Shown: positions 39,513 through 49,332 of the stretch, in pieces
Layout: every line of letters begins with the position of its first letter
Numbering within the stretch: position 1 is the stretch's first letter
Assembly (NCBI GenBank): GCA_965261535.1
Contig: OZ253469.1
Span: 2,924,099-2,988,098, forward strand
DNA length: 64,000 nucleotides
Origin: Candidatus Azotimanducaceae bacterium
GTDB taxonomy: Bacteria > Pseudomonadota > Gammaproteobacteria > Pseudomonadales > Azotimanducaceae
Direction of reading: 5' to 3'
Notes under the pieces: model-generated
What the model was told of the DNA's origin: nothing
The model's input: only the letters and a program-made list of their open reading frames with translations
The model's database searches: none
Made by a program: the position numbers and the translations under genes

Positions 39513-40319
39513 TCATCGTCCGTGTTCACGCCGCCAATTCTCCGACCCTGCGGGGAGAATCTCGTCCGCCGGTTGTGCCGTGCGCGACAGAGCGTCCTTG
39601 ATTCGCGACTTCCACGCTTCGGGTATCGAGAAACAGAGACCTTCTCGGCACATGCGAAGGTCAAGATCGCGCTCCACGACCTGCTCCTTGAGCCCGGGTA
39701 TGGCGTTCAAGTCGCCGGCGCTGGCTCTCAGAATCTCCAGTTGGCGCTCTTGCCTGAGTCCACGGATCTGGTTGAGGACCCCTTCCTGTTGTTCGGGAGC
39801 GAACGTGGCCGCCAGCTTGGATAGGGTTCCGACCCCAACAGCGCCTTGCGAAGTACTGACGGTCGCTTGGATCGAGGGTGCGAGCTTGAGAAGGTCGAGG
39901 TAGCGTCGCACGGTACGTGCGGTCACCCCCGTTGCCTGCGCGACGCGCCCCAAGTCTCCGCACTTGGCTCGGATGGCGTCGTACGCTTTGGCTTTGTCGA
40001 TCGGATGCATGTCGGCCCGCTGGACGTTCTCGACGAGGGACACAACCGTCGAGTCAGTGTCGCTGAGGTCGTCCCTGATCGTCGCAGGAATAGTTGCCAG
40101 TCCGAGTGCGCGGCATGCCAGCAGTCGTCGCTGACCGGCGATCAGGTCAAAGCAGCCATCGGCCGCCTCGCGCACAATGACCGGGCTAAGCACGCCTAGG
40201 TCGCGAATGCTGCTGGCAAGCTCGGCGAGCCCGGCGTCTTCCGTGCCGGCATCGAGGTCCTTGCGGGCATTGAAGTCAGACACCCGAATCGACTCAAGGG
40301 TGAGTTCGGTGGTCTCCAA
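39513..40319 (-). CDS. ParB/Srx N-terminal domain (ParB-like nuclease) protein
   Basis: Contains IRVSDFNARKDL, GVLSPVIVRE, DLIAGQRRLLACRALG and ENVQRADMHP, typical of the ParB N-domain. Confidence 0.8.
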   Translation of the reverse strand: METTELTLESIRVSDFNARKDLDAGTEDAGLAELASSIRDLGVLSPVIVREAADGCFDLIAGQRRLLACRALGLATIPATIRDDLSDTDSTVVSLVENVQRADMHPIDKAKAYDAIRAKCGDLGRVAQATGVTARTVRRYLDLLKLAPSIQATVSTSQGAVGVGTLSKLAATFAPEQQEGVLNQIRGLRQERQLEILRASAGDLNAIPGLKEQVVERDLDLRMCREGLCFSIPEAWKSRIKDALSRTAQPADEILPAGSENWRREHGR

Positions 40320-40540
40320 AACGGGCTCCGTGTCGCTTCGCGTGGAGTGAGGTCTCGCTCACAGTGCCAAGACCTGGACATTATGGGGCATCGTCGCTTG
40401 GTGGACCAGCAGCCTGCCTGCAGGGAACTGCTCTGGTTCGACGAGTGGGCCACAAACTCGATTCTCCTTGACCTGGAGGGTCGGTTCACGTCACGGTTGC
40501 GTCGCCAATACGGGGACCACCTCGGCTCAGGGACGAACAC

Positions 40541-43507
40541 ATGACCAGGGAAGGCGACTCGACGCAGGCTGACAAACTTCGGCAACTGGAGCACATCGCG
40601 TATCCGGAAGCGCTCCGGTGCCGCGAGGAGCAACTGGTCGCCAACCGTCACAGAAAGGCGGGCGAGAAGGCGCTCGAGCGACGCGAACCTCAAGTAGGCC
40701 TCGCTCTCTCCGGGGGAGGCATCCGGAGCGCCACTTTCGCGCTCGGGGTGCTTCAGGCGATCGCCAAGCGCAGAGCGCTGCAGCAAGTCGACCTGCTCTC
40801 GACCGTATCCGGGGGCGGCTACACCGGCGGGATGCTCACCCGTCTCTTCTCCAGGAAAGAGGTCCACGGCGTCCACGACGTAGAGAACGCCATCCTGGCG
40901 CCCTGGGAGCGGCGCGAGCCGGACGATCCCAATGCCAAGACCATCGAGCCCGGCGCCGTGCTGGCGTGGCTTCGGGAGAACGGCCACCACCTTGCGCCCA
41001 ACGGGGCGGGAGACCTGCTCCTCGGCGGAGCGGTCATCTTCCGCAACTGGCTCTCCGTGCTCGTCGTGCTCGCGACCCTCGTTCTTACCGGATTCGTCCT
41101 GATGCAACTGGCGCGCCACGGCGTTCCGTTCATCGACTTCGCCATGCCAGGTTGCGGCGGCCCGGTCGCGGCCGCGGCAACGGGCTTCGAAGCGTGGCTG
41201 ACCTGCCATTTGCCCCTCGGCGGGGAATACGTGTGGTGGAGCCCATGGGTGGCCCTGCCCTTCCTCGTCTTCGTCCTCTGGGTCGCACCATGCGGCTTGG
41301 CCTACTGGCTGATGCCCGGAACGGCCGGGACCAGGCTGGCCGTCGCGGGGAGATTGTTCGGAGTGCTGGTCCTGCTTGGCGCATCAGCCTGGGGCCTGCA
41401 CGTCACCGGGACACCGTCCGCATGGGCAATCGGACTGGTCTTCGGTGTAGCGCTGTTCGCGTTCATCGTGTACGACATTGCTGACCACGCACTCCGACGC
41501 AAGCAGTGCTCTGAGGCGTCGAAGCGGCTTGAGTTGAGCCACCGTCTCTCCTCGTGGCTGAAGCGCGCCCTGCTGGCGTTCGCCGCGGTCACGGCCCTCG
41601 CCGTCCTGGATACGCTTGGGCAGACGCTCTACACGGTCGCCATCGATCCCGACATCCGCATGGGCGCCGTCATCGGCGGGGCGTTGAGTGCCGTGGCGGC
41701 GCTGGCTGTCGGTGGCCGAAGGCTCGCCGTCCGATTCCGTGGCGACGGGGACCCGGCCCGACCCCGTTTGCCACTCAAGGTGACGGCGAGCGCCGTTACG
41801 GCGCTCGTTCTGATCGCGACGCTCGCACCTCTTAACGCGCTATCACACGCCATCGCCTGGAACCTCGACTATCCGGCTGGCGTGCCCGCCGACCTCTGGA
41901 CTTCGGCGACGGTCGAGTCACGATGTCCGCCGGTCCTGCGACGTTGTCCCGATTCCGCAGCGTCAGATCTGGTCAGCTGCCCGGTCGCATGTCCGGAGGT
42001 CGGGAAGCCAGCCCTTGCGAGCGCAGGAATCTACTTCGTGCTACTGGCACTCCTTTCTTTCGTCTTCGGCCATGCCCGCCGGTTCCTGAACGACTCGACG
42101 CTGCAGCCCCTCTATCGGGCACGCATCATCCGGGCCTACCTCGGCGCCTCCAACCCCAGGCGCCTCGACAGACGCCACCCCAAGCCCGTCACCAGAATGC
42201 TCCACGGAGACGACGCGGCTGTCGACTGGGATCGTGGAAGCGAACTCGCTGAGGACGAGGAGAACCCACTGAAGAAGTACGACCATGGGGCTCCCCTGCA
42301 CATCGTCAACGTGACCGTCAACGAGACGGCGGAGAAGAAGACAGGGATCCAGCGAAACGATCGCGGCGGCATCGGCATGGCGGTAGGCCCCGCCGGGATC
42401 AGTGCGGGCGTTCGCCACCACGTGGTGTTCCACGCGTCGGCGGACAGCAACGGGTTGCTGGCACAGGTGTTCCCCGACGCCGGGGACAAGCATGCCTTCC
42501 GGATGTTCGACTACGCGGACGCCGCGGAGTCTTCCGGTCAGGAGACGACGGCGCGCTATCGCGGCGAGTCGCTTACCCTGGGCCAGTGGATCGGCATTTC
42601 CGGCGCTGCTTTCTCGACGGGTGTCGGGTCGCGGACGAGCTTCCCGCTCTCCTTCCTGGCAGGCATCCTGAACGTGCGCCTCGGATACTGGTGGGACTCC
42701 GGGATCGGGCGTGGATCCCGCCTCCTGCCCAAGTTATCCAAAGGGGACGACCAGACGGCAGATGGTTCTAGCAGCGACGGGCTTGCATCGAGGACGTTCG
42801 CCACCCTGTTCCCCGTGCAGAGCTATCTCCTCGACGAGCTGTTCGCACGGTTTCGCGGTGTGCACCGACCACGGTGGAATCTCTCCGACGGCGGCCATTT
42901 CGAGAACCTGGGCGCATACGAGCTGATCCGACGCCGCGTGCCCCTGATCGTGATCGTCGACGCGGAGGCCGACCCCGACTATCGCTTCGAGGGGCTCGGG
43001 AACCTGGTGCGCAAGGCCCGGGTGGACTTCGGCGCGAAGATCACGTTTCTCGATCCCCAACAGGTTGGGCGCCTGGCGAGCGACAACGCCTGGATGACAT
43101 ACTACGGTTCGCTGGACATGCTGCGCCGGGATGCTAGGGATAACGAGGCAGGCGCAGGCGTCCATGGGCACACGCACGCGACTTCTTCTCGCGACACCGG
43201 GCGCTCACTCGCGCACGTCGCGCTGGCAACAGTCTGTTACGAGGGCGGCGATGCCGACAAGACCTCGCTGATCCTATACCTCAAGCCCACACTGGTGGGA
43301 GACGAACCCGTGGACATCACCCACTATCACGAGGCCAACCCGGCGTTCCCGCAGCAGACGACCAAGGACCAGTTCTTCGACGAAGCGCAGTGGGAGAGCT
43401 ACCGGAAACTCGGAGAGATCGTGGGGTTGCGCTCGATACCGGAGAGCGGCGGGTTTGAGTCGGTCCGCAAGCTGACAAGGCCACTCAACCAGGATCCGGA
43501 GGCCTAG
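40541..43507 (+). CDS. patatin-like phospholipase with a large internal multi-pass membrane region
   Basis: 988 aa. Oxyanion motif LSGGGIRSA and Ser motif STVSGGGY lie near the N-terminus. The catalytic Asp motif SDGGHFENLG lies about 690 aa later. Several hydrophobic helices sit in between. Confidence 0.75.
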   Translation: MTREGDSTQADKLRQLEHIAYPEALRCREEQLVANRHRKAGEKALERREPQVGLALSGGGIRSATFALGVLQAIAKRRALQQVDLLSTVSGGGYTGGMLTRLFSRKEVHGVHDVENAILAPWERREPDDPNAKTIEPGAVLAWLRENGHHLAPNGAGDLLLGGAVIFRNWLSVLVVLATLVLTGFVLMQLARHGVPFIDFAMPGCGGPVAAAATGFEAWLTCHLPLGGEYVWWSPWVALPFLVFVLWVAPCGLAYWLMPGTAGTRLAVAGRLFGVLVLLGASAWGLHVTGTPSAWAIGLVFGVALFAFIVYDIADHALRRKQCSEASKRLELSHRLSSWLKRALLAFAAVTALAVLDTLGQTLYTVAIDPDIRMGAVIGGALSAVAALAVGGRRLAVRFRGDGDPARPRLPLKVTASAVTALVLIATLAPLNALSHAIAWNLDYPAGVPADLWTSATVESRCPPVLRRCPDSAASDLVSCPVACPEVGKPALASAGIYFVLLALLSFVFGHARRFLNDSTLQPLYRARIIRAYLGASNPRRLDRRHPKPVTRMLHGDDAAVDWDRGSELAEDEENPLKKYDHGAPLHIVNVTVNETAEKKTGIQRNDRGGIGMAVGPAGISAGVRHHVVFHASADSNGLLAQVFPDAGDKHAFRMFDYADAAESSGQETTARYRGESLTLGQWIGISGAAFSTGVGSRTSFPLSFLAGILNVRLGYWWDSGIGRGSRLLPKLSKGDDQTADGSSSDGLASRTFATLFPVQSYLLDELFARFRGVHRPRWNLSDGGHFENLGAYELIRRRVPLIVIVDAEADPDYRFEGLGNLVRKARVDFGAKITFLDPQQVGRLASDNAWMTYYGSLDMLRRDARDNEAGAGVHGHTHATSSRDTGRSLAHVALATVCYEGGDADKTSLILYLKPTLVGDEPVDITHYHEANPAFPQQTTKDQFFDEAQWESYRKLGEIVGLRSIPESGGFESVRKLTRPLNQDPEA

Positions 43508-45262
43508 CCCGGATTTCTCACCAAGGGAGTTGAACAAAGGCCGCGTTCTGGGCGTAAATGTATGTTGGGACAAGCATTTACGGACACCGGAGACGCGGCC
43601 TTATGGGAACGGAGTGTAGCGCATCGCAACTGGAGTTTGGAGGTCTTGGGAAGCGCGCGGTGGTGGGTGTTTTCGACGGCGGCGAGATTGCGACGGACGG
43701 CGGCGGGCTGGCGTTGCGGGAGTTGGAGGAACGGGTCGGGATACTGAAGCGTCTGGGCGGGTGTTTTTCGGACCACCGCGATCCACGGCGCATCGAGCAC
43801 CGCGTGGAGACGTTGGTGAAGCAGCGCGTGCTGGGCATCTGTCTGGGGTACGAGGATCTGAACGATCACGACGAGTTGTGCCGAGACCGGCTGCTGGCGC
43901 TGCTGTGCGACTGCGAGGATGTGGCGGGCGCACGCCGCCAGCGGGAGACGGACCGCGGCAAGCCGCTGGCTGGCAAGAGCACGCTGAACCGGTTGGAACT
44001 GACGCTGGCGGCGGACGCCGCGGCGCATCGCTACAAGAAGATCGTGGCGGATATGGCGGCGATGGACGCGTTGCTGGTGGAGACGTTCCTGGAGGCGCAC
44101 GAGACGCCGCCGGCGCGCATTGTGCTGGATGTCGACGCCACCGATGACACCTTGCACGGCATGCAGGAAGGGCGCCATTTCCACGGTCATTACGACAGCT
44201 ACTGCTACCTGCCGCTGTATGTCTTCTGCGGCGAGCACCTGCTGTGCGCGCGGCTGCGCTCGGCGTCGGTCGACGGCGCGGCGGGCACGGTTGCGGAACT
44301 CGACCGGATCGCCGCGTCGATCCGCGCGCGCTGGCCGGCGACGCGCGTCGTGGTGCGCGGCGACGGCGGCTTTTGCCGCGAGGACCTCATGGCGTGGTGC
44401 GAGACGACCGGCGTGGATTACGTACTCGGGCTGCCGGTCAACTCGCGCTTGACGGGCATGGTCGCGGCGACGCTGTACGAGACGCGCGTCATGGCCGAAA
44501 TGACGGGCGAGACAACGCGGCGCTTCGACGCGCTGCGCTACGCGGCGCGCAGTTGGTCGCGGTCGCGGCGCGTAGTGGCGCGCGTGGAGCACTCCGCGCT
44601 CGGCCCCAACCCGCGCTTCGTGGTGACCAGCATCGCGACCGAGGCGATGGACGAACAGGCCTTGTACGAGAACCTCTACTGCGCGCGCGGCGACATGGAG
44701 AACCGCATCAAGGAACAGCAACTCGACCTGTTCGCCGACCGCACCAGCACGGCCACGATGCACGCCAACCAACTGCGCCTGTACTTCGCCTCGTTCGCCT
44801 ATGTGCTGATGCAGACGCTGCGTCGCGTCGGACTCGCCGGAACGCGGCTGGCCAAGGCGCAGTGCGGCACGATTCGCGACAAGCTGCTCAAGGTCGGCGT
44901 GCGGGTGCGCGTCAGCGTGCGCCGCATCAAGTTGTCCTTCTCCGAGTCCTGGCCACGCGCCGCACTGTTCCGACAGATCCTGTACAACCTCCAGGCCATG
45001 CCATTGCGTTGTTGACGCAACGCTCGGTTCTCCGACTTTTCGCCGCCACTGGCATCTCGCCAGCGGTTGTACCTGTCCGGCAACTTTGGCGGCGCCCAGC
45101 CCAACACCCCAATGGCCCTTGGCGCCACCCGAATTCTCCTTTTTTCGACCTTTTGCACGCCAACCCACCGGCTGTGAACGCAATGTCACGAGTTCCCCGA
45201 ACATTCGCCGTCCGTTCCGACGTCGTTCGGGCATCATTCGTCGCATTGGTGAGAAATGCGGG
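43508..45262 (+). mobile_element. IS1380-family insertion sequence, apparently intact
   Basis: Terminal inverted repeats CCCGGATTTCTCACCAA and CCCGCATTTCTCACCAA (revcomp of the right end) match at 16/17. Flanked by a 4-bp direct repeat CTAG (43504..43507 and 45263..45266). Confidence 0.85.
43558..45015 (+). CDS. IS1380-family DDE transposase
   Basis: Contains FDGGEIATDGGGLALRELEERVGIL, LGYEDLNDHDEL and a DDE-type body. Alternative start at 43603. Confidence 0.85.
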   Translation: MYVGTSIYGHRRRGLMGTECSASQLEFGGLGKRAVVGVFDGGEIATDGGGLALRELEERVGILKRLGGCFSDHRDPRRIEHRVETLVKQRVLGICLGYEDLNDHDELCRDRLLALLCDCEDVAGARRQRETDRGKPLAGKSTLNRLELTLAADAAAHRYKKIVADMAAMDALLVETFLEAHETPPARIVLDVDATDDTLHGMQEGRHFHGHYDSYCYLPLYVFCGEHLLCARLRSASVDGAAGTVAELDRIAASIRARWPATRVVVRGDGGFCREDLMAWCETTGVDYVLGLPVNSRLTGMVAATLYETRVMAEMTGETTRRFDALRYAARSWSRSRRVVARVEHSALGPNPRFVVTSIATEAMDEQALYENLYCARGDMENRIKEQQLDLFADRTSTATMHANQLRLYFASFAYVLMQTLRRVGLAGTRLAKAQCGTIRDKLLKVGVRVRVSVRRIKLSFSESWPRAALFRQILYNLQAMPLRC

Positions 45263-45552
45263 CTAGTAGGCCGGACGAAGAACGAAACGCGTGATCGCGA
45301 ACGCTACTTCTCGCTGAAGACCACCAGGGCCGGAGTCGAGGCCGCCGGTCGAGCCCCCGCGCCGTACTCGACCGCCCGCGTCGTTCCGGCCACCACGATG
45401 CCATCGTTCTCCCGCGAGGCTGTCGTCCGCCCACGGTCCCTTCCACAGGGCTGCCCCTGTCGTGTGCGCCCGGTCCGGCCGCCGCCCCGCGTCCGGCACC
45501 GGCGCCCCGTGCGGTCCCTCAGTCATGAGCGCCGACTCGCCAAATCCCGCCG

Positions 45553-45576
45553 CCAAGGGGGGCAAGCCCCCCTTGG
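45553..45576 (-). other. GC-rich hairpin downstream of VR3
   Basis: CCAAGGGGGG-cttg-CCCCCCTTGG on the minus strand. Same position as the VR1 and VR2 hairpins. One stem pair is changed on both sides. Confidence 0.7.
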
Positions 45577-45607
45577 AACCCCCCACAGGAGGTAAGGACG
45601 TAACGAC

Positions 45608-46969
45608 TCAAGGGGTGAGCGTCCGGGCCACACGGAACCCGATGAAGTAGTCGCGGTAGTCGGCGGAGTGCCTGAGGCGGTACGCGGCGCGGAGGGACCT
45701 CGGGAAGAGGTACCAGGAGCCGCCGCGCAACACGGGCAGGACACAGTCCCGCTGCAGCCAGGCGCTGCCATCCGACGGGGCGTCTGTATAGCTGCCGTTC
45801 CAGCAGTCCGCCACCCACTCCCACACGTTCCCGTGCATGTCGTGCAGCCCGAATGCGTTCGGAGCAAACGAGCCTGCGGGAGCGGTTCGGTCAGCGTCCC
45901 ATCGGCTACCGCAGCCACTGCAATGCGCCCGGTTCACGCCGATCTCGTTGCCCCAACTGTACCTCGTCGTGCTCCCCGCCCGTGCCGCGTACTCCCACTC
46001 CGCCTCGCTCGGCAAACGGTACTCCTCCTCCGTCTCGCGGGACAGCCACGACACGTAGGATTGCGCATCCTCCCAGCTCACGTTGATCACGGGGCGATTG
46101 GCACGCCCCCAGCCTTCGTCGTCTGGTCGATAGCCCCCGCACCCGCCTCGCGCGACGCACCCGTCCCACTGCGCTAACGTCACTTCGTGCACCGAAAGCG
46201 CGAATGCCCGCCGAATCGACACCGCATGCACCGGCTTCTCGTCATCGCGACAGTCCAGACCCGTCACGCAACCCATCCGGAACCGGCCCGCTGGGACCAC
46301 CACCATCTCGGGGCCCTCGCCACCCGAACGCAGCGCGTCGCGGAATACCGTGCCGGGCGCGCCGGCGGTCGGCGCCGCCCGCGGCGCGGGCGTGGATGGC
46401 TGCCGTCCGGCGGCGCGCGGTTGCGGGGGATCGGCGGCCGGTGCGTCGCCCGCCGCAGCGGTGGGCGCGAAGGTGTAGTCGACGGACCACCTCGAGAATC
46501 CGGGCGTGTCGGTGTGGAACGCGACGACCGAGAGCGTCTCGGTCAACGTCTCCCCGGGGCGCACGGATATGGGGTCGGCGCTGCGCTGGATGTGGCCGGC
46601 CGGGTCCGCCCACCGCGCGCCCGCCGCCCCGTCCCAGTTGGTGCAGGGCGGCTAGGGCGCGTCGATCTGGTAGCGGGCGATGAGGTGGTTCAGGGGCTGC
46701 CCGGAGTCGTTGCGCACCGAGAACTCGAGCTCCCACAGATGCAGGGGCTGGCCGTCGTTGGCCTTGATCTGCTCGTAGACCTGCTCCGAGTGATGAGCCT
46801 CCAGCACGCGGCAGGTTGCCGCGCCGTACTCGACCAGCCGCGCCGTCCCGGCCAGCACGATGCCGTCCTTCTCCAGCAACTGCTCCGCGCGGCTGCCGAC
46901 GGCGGCGAGGACCAGCACCGGCAGAACTGTGCTGGCGGCCCGGCACGCGGCGCGCTGTCGTCCGCCCAT
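45608..46969 (-). pseudogene. DGR variable protein 3 (FGE-sulfatase domain) with an in-frame TAG
   Basis: ORFs 46652..47065 and 45608..46564 are in the same frame, separated only by the TAG at 46652..46654. Start at 46969 (MGGRQRAACRAASTVLPVLVLAAVG) follows GGAGGGA. C-terminal VR3. Confidence 0.8.
45616..45735 (-). repeat. DGR variable repeat VR3 (remote, opposite strand)
   Basis: The reverse complement is collinear with the TR. By hand alignment there are 28 mismatches, 18 of them at TR adenines. Carries the same GCCCGGACGCTC 3-prime end as VR1 and VR2. Confidence 0.8.
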
Positions 46970-47079
46970 GGTCCCTCCACGAAGCCTATGGTCGGTGGAA
47001 GAGCGAATCCGAGCGGCCATTCTATCGTCGTTTGTTCGACGCCTGGCGTGTCTGAGTCTCGCCATGCGCCGTCCAGGCT

Positions 47080-47142
47080 CGCGGAGCTCAACTGATGCCG
47101 TCGCCGCTGAAGAAGCAAGCTTCCGGCCCGCCTTCCCGGCAA
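47080..47142 (-). repeat. about 60-nt conserved leader element, copy 2
   Basis: See 36755..36815. Lies about 110 nt upstream of the target 3 start. Confidence 0.6.
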
Positions 47143-47346
47143 CATCGGAGGACCTGGTACGCGGATTCGCGGGTTGCGCAGGTGCAGTGGAAGCGCCGCC
47201 AGACCTGTCGGACCGGCGCCATGCCGGGCACAGCCGAAGTTCAACGCAACAGGTCCTGCGGCCGGAACAGGAGCGAGCACCGCAGCAGACGACTCTGGCG
47301 GCACTTGTCCTGCTCTTCGCCGTTGCGGTGCAGGCGCAACGGGCCG

Positions 47347-47936
47347 ATGAGGCGCCTGCGCGAACGGGTGGTCATCACCCGCGCCGATGGCGGTCTCGAG
47401 GAAGGGTTCATGGTCGACGGACAGAGGGTCGGCCGGTGGACGATCAGAGTCTCCCCCCAGTACGTGTCATCGGGGAGTGCGACGACGACGCTGTGGCTTG
47501 GGCGCTCGTCGGCCGACTGACTGCGCTTGGGCTGGACATCGACACAAGAGGCGAGCAGGGGAGTACGCCATTGAACGAAGCAGCCGCCAGGAAGAGGTCG
47601 GTTGCCGTGGTTCGAGCGCTGATTGCAGCGGGAGCGGACGTCAACTCGCGCGATCGATCCGGTCGCACGCCTCTGCACAACGTGATCGTGCGCCGGCAAA
47701 CCCATGCAACCCGCGAAGTCGTCGAATACGACCTCACGCCGGGGATTCATGTTCGATCGGATCGGGAGAATGCGCGCCAACCGTCGGCTATCGGCCTCCT
47801 GTTGCTCAGCAACGGAGCGGATCCCAACCTGCTGGACGCCAACGGCATGCAGCCGCTGGATGGCGTTGAAGAACACTCGCCGCTGAGGCGCACCCGGTTC
47901 CATCGACAGCTCGTGAGACGCACGGGGAGCCCGTAG
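47347..47936 (+). CDS. ankyrin-repeat protein, frame-broken at a C-run
   Basis: Ankyrin repeats (GSTPLNEAAARKRSVAVVRALIAAGADVNSRDRSGRTPLH, LLLSNGADPNLLDANGMQPL) are in ORF 46860..47936. The upstream part (MRRLRERVVITRADGGLEEGFMVDGQRVGRWTIRV) is in ORF 47095..47520. The frames meet at CCCCCC 47453..47458. The true start is unresolved. Confidence 0.5.
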
Positions 47937-48000
47937 CGTTCGGTGCGTCCCGCCACAGGCCCGCCCTCGCTGCGGAAGTGATGGGCGGACGAATACGGCG

Positions 48001-48709
48001 TCAAGGCCGGCGGTAGGACGCCTGCAGGGCCTGGAAGGCGTCTTCGGAGGTCGCGTGCGTGATGTCGAGCTGACCCTCGAAAACGTCGACGAGCACCAGG
48101 ATGATGAAGGTGCCGGGGGACAGGGGGCGGATTGAGGCAACGGCCTGGCCGCTGGCGTGCAGAACCTCGGCGCCTTCCAGGCGGAGCTCTGGAGTGCCGG
48201 GAAGGGCGCGCTCGCTGGCATCCACGTGGGGGACCTTTTCGATGGTCTTGATGGCGCGGCGGCGGAAGCGCCGGTAGGGAATCAAGACGCCGGCGGCATA
48301 GCCGGCGAAGAACAGGGGTAGCGCGACGAACATCAGTGCCGGCTGCGCAAAGGGTGATGCTCCAATGAGGAACGTCGCACTCGGAGTCAGCGGGTCCTTG
48401 GGGGTCGACGACGAAGAGGGCGCCAGCGATTCCCGTGACGACAAGCGCAGCGGTGACTCGGGCAGTAGCAGGCATGCCGCCAGCCATGGCGTCGAACGCG
48501 TTGGGCCGTTCGATGAGTAAGGACGCGGGTGCCTTGAGGTCCGCAAATCGGCTGACGTTGACGGCTTTGGATCGCACACCCTTGAACCACTTGGCCCTGA
48601 GGTTGGTGAGGGCCTCCCCTATCCGGCGCCAGAGCGCGGACCAGACGCCAATGAGGAGATTGATGGCGACGGAGACCTCGAGAAAGGGGGCGTAGTCGCC
48701 GAAAGACAT
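48001..48709 (-). CDS. hypothetical membrane protein, frame-broken
   Basis: The N-terminus (MSFGDYAPFLEVSVAINLLIGVW...) is in ORF 47747..48709. The C-terminal part (FLIGASPFAQPALMFVALPLFFAGY...) is in ORF 48001..48579. The frames meet at the G5 run 48400..48404. Confidence 0.4.
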
Positions 48710-48750
48710 GGGAGCGTTGTCAGCAAGGCGGCGGTGACGACCGCGAAGGG

Positions 48751-49332
48751 TCAGGCCGAGACGACCTTGGTTGTGTCTGCCTCGCGGGCAACGTTGTTGA
48801 AGATGCGAGCGAGATTGCCGGCGATTTCCGGGGAGCCGAAGTTGACATGGGCATCCTGGTTGTCCGGATCGTGCTCAAGGCGGTAGGCGCCCGTGTCCAT
48901 GACCTGCCAGTGGCCGCCATGGGCGAATCTGGCGCCTGCTCCCGGAGGCGCCTTGGCGATCCACAGCGTACCCCGCAGATCGTTCGTCTCCTGCTGCATG
49001 TTCGTGATGGCGCGAATCAGGGGATGTTCACCCTGTTCGTCGAGGTCGAGGTCGAGGTCGTTGTCGGTGAGGACCATGAGAATCGTGTCGTCCTTCGTCA
49101 GGAAGTCGCGAGCGGCGTTGACGACGTCGGCGCTCGCGAAGACGGGCACCTCGTCGCCGTCGACCTCGGTGAAGCGGGGCAGCGAGGTCGAGTAGATGCG
49201 GACCACGCGCTCGGCGTTCTCCAGGAACTTGGCGACGATATAGCTCGCGTGGTCAGGTTTGGCGTTCGAGATGACCAGATCGGCCTTGGCGGCCAACGCG
49301 CGGTCGATGACGGTCTTGTATTGGTCCTTCAT
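48751..49332 (-). CDS. hypothetical protein
   Basis: Start at MKDQYKTVIDRAL. 193 aa with balanced composition, upstream of and co-oriented with 48001..48709. Confidence 0.5.
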   Translation of the reverse strand: MKDQYKTVIDRALAAKADLVISNAKPDHASYIVAKFLENAERVVRIYSTSLPRFTEVDGDEVPVFASADVVNAARDFLTKDDTILMVLTDNDLDLDLDEQGEHPLIRAITNMQQETNDLRGTLWIAKAPPGAGARFAHGGHWQVMDTGAYRLEHDPDNQDAHVNFGSPEIAGNLARIFNNVAREADTTKVVSA

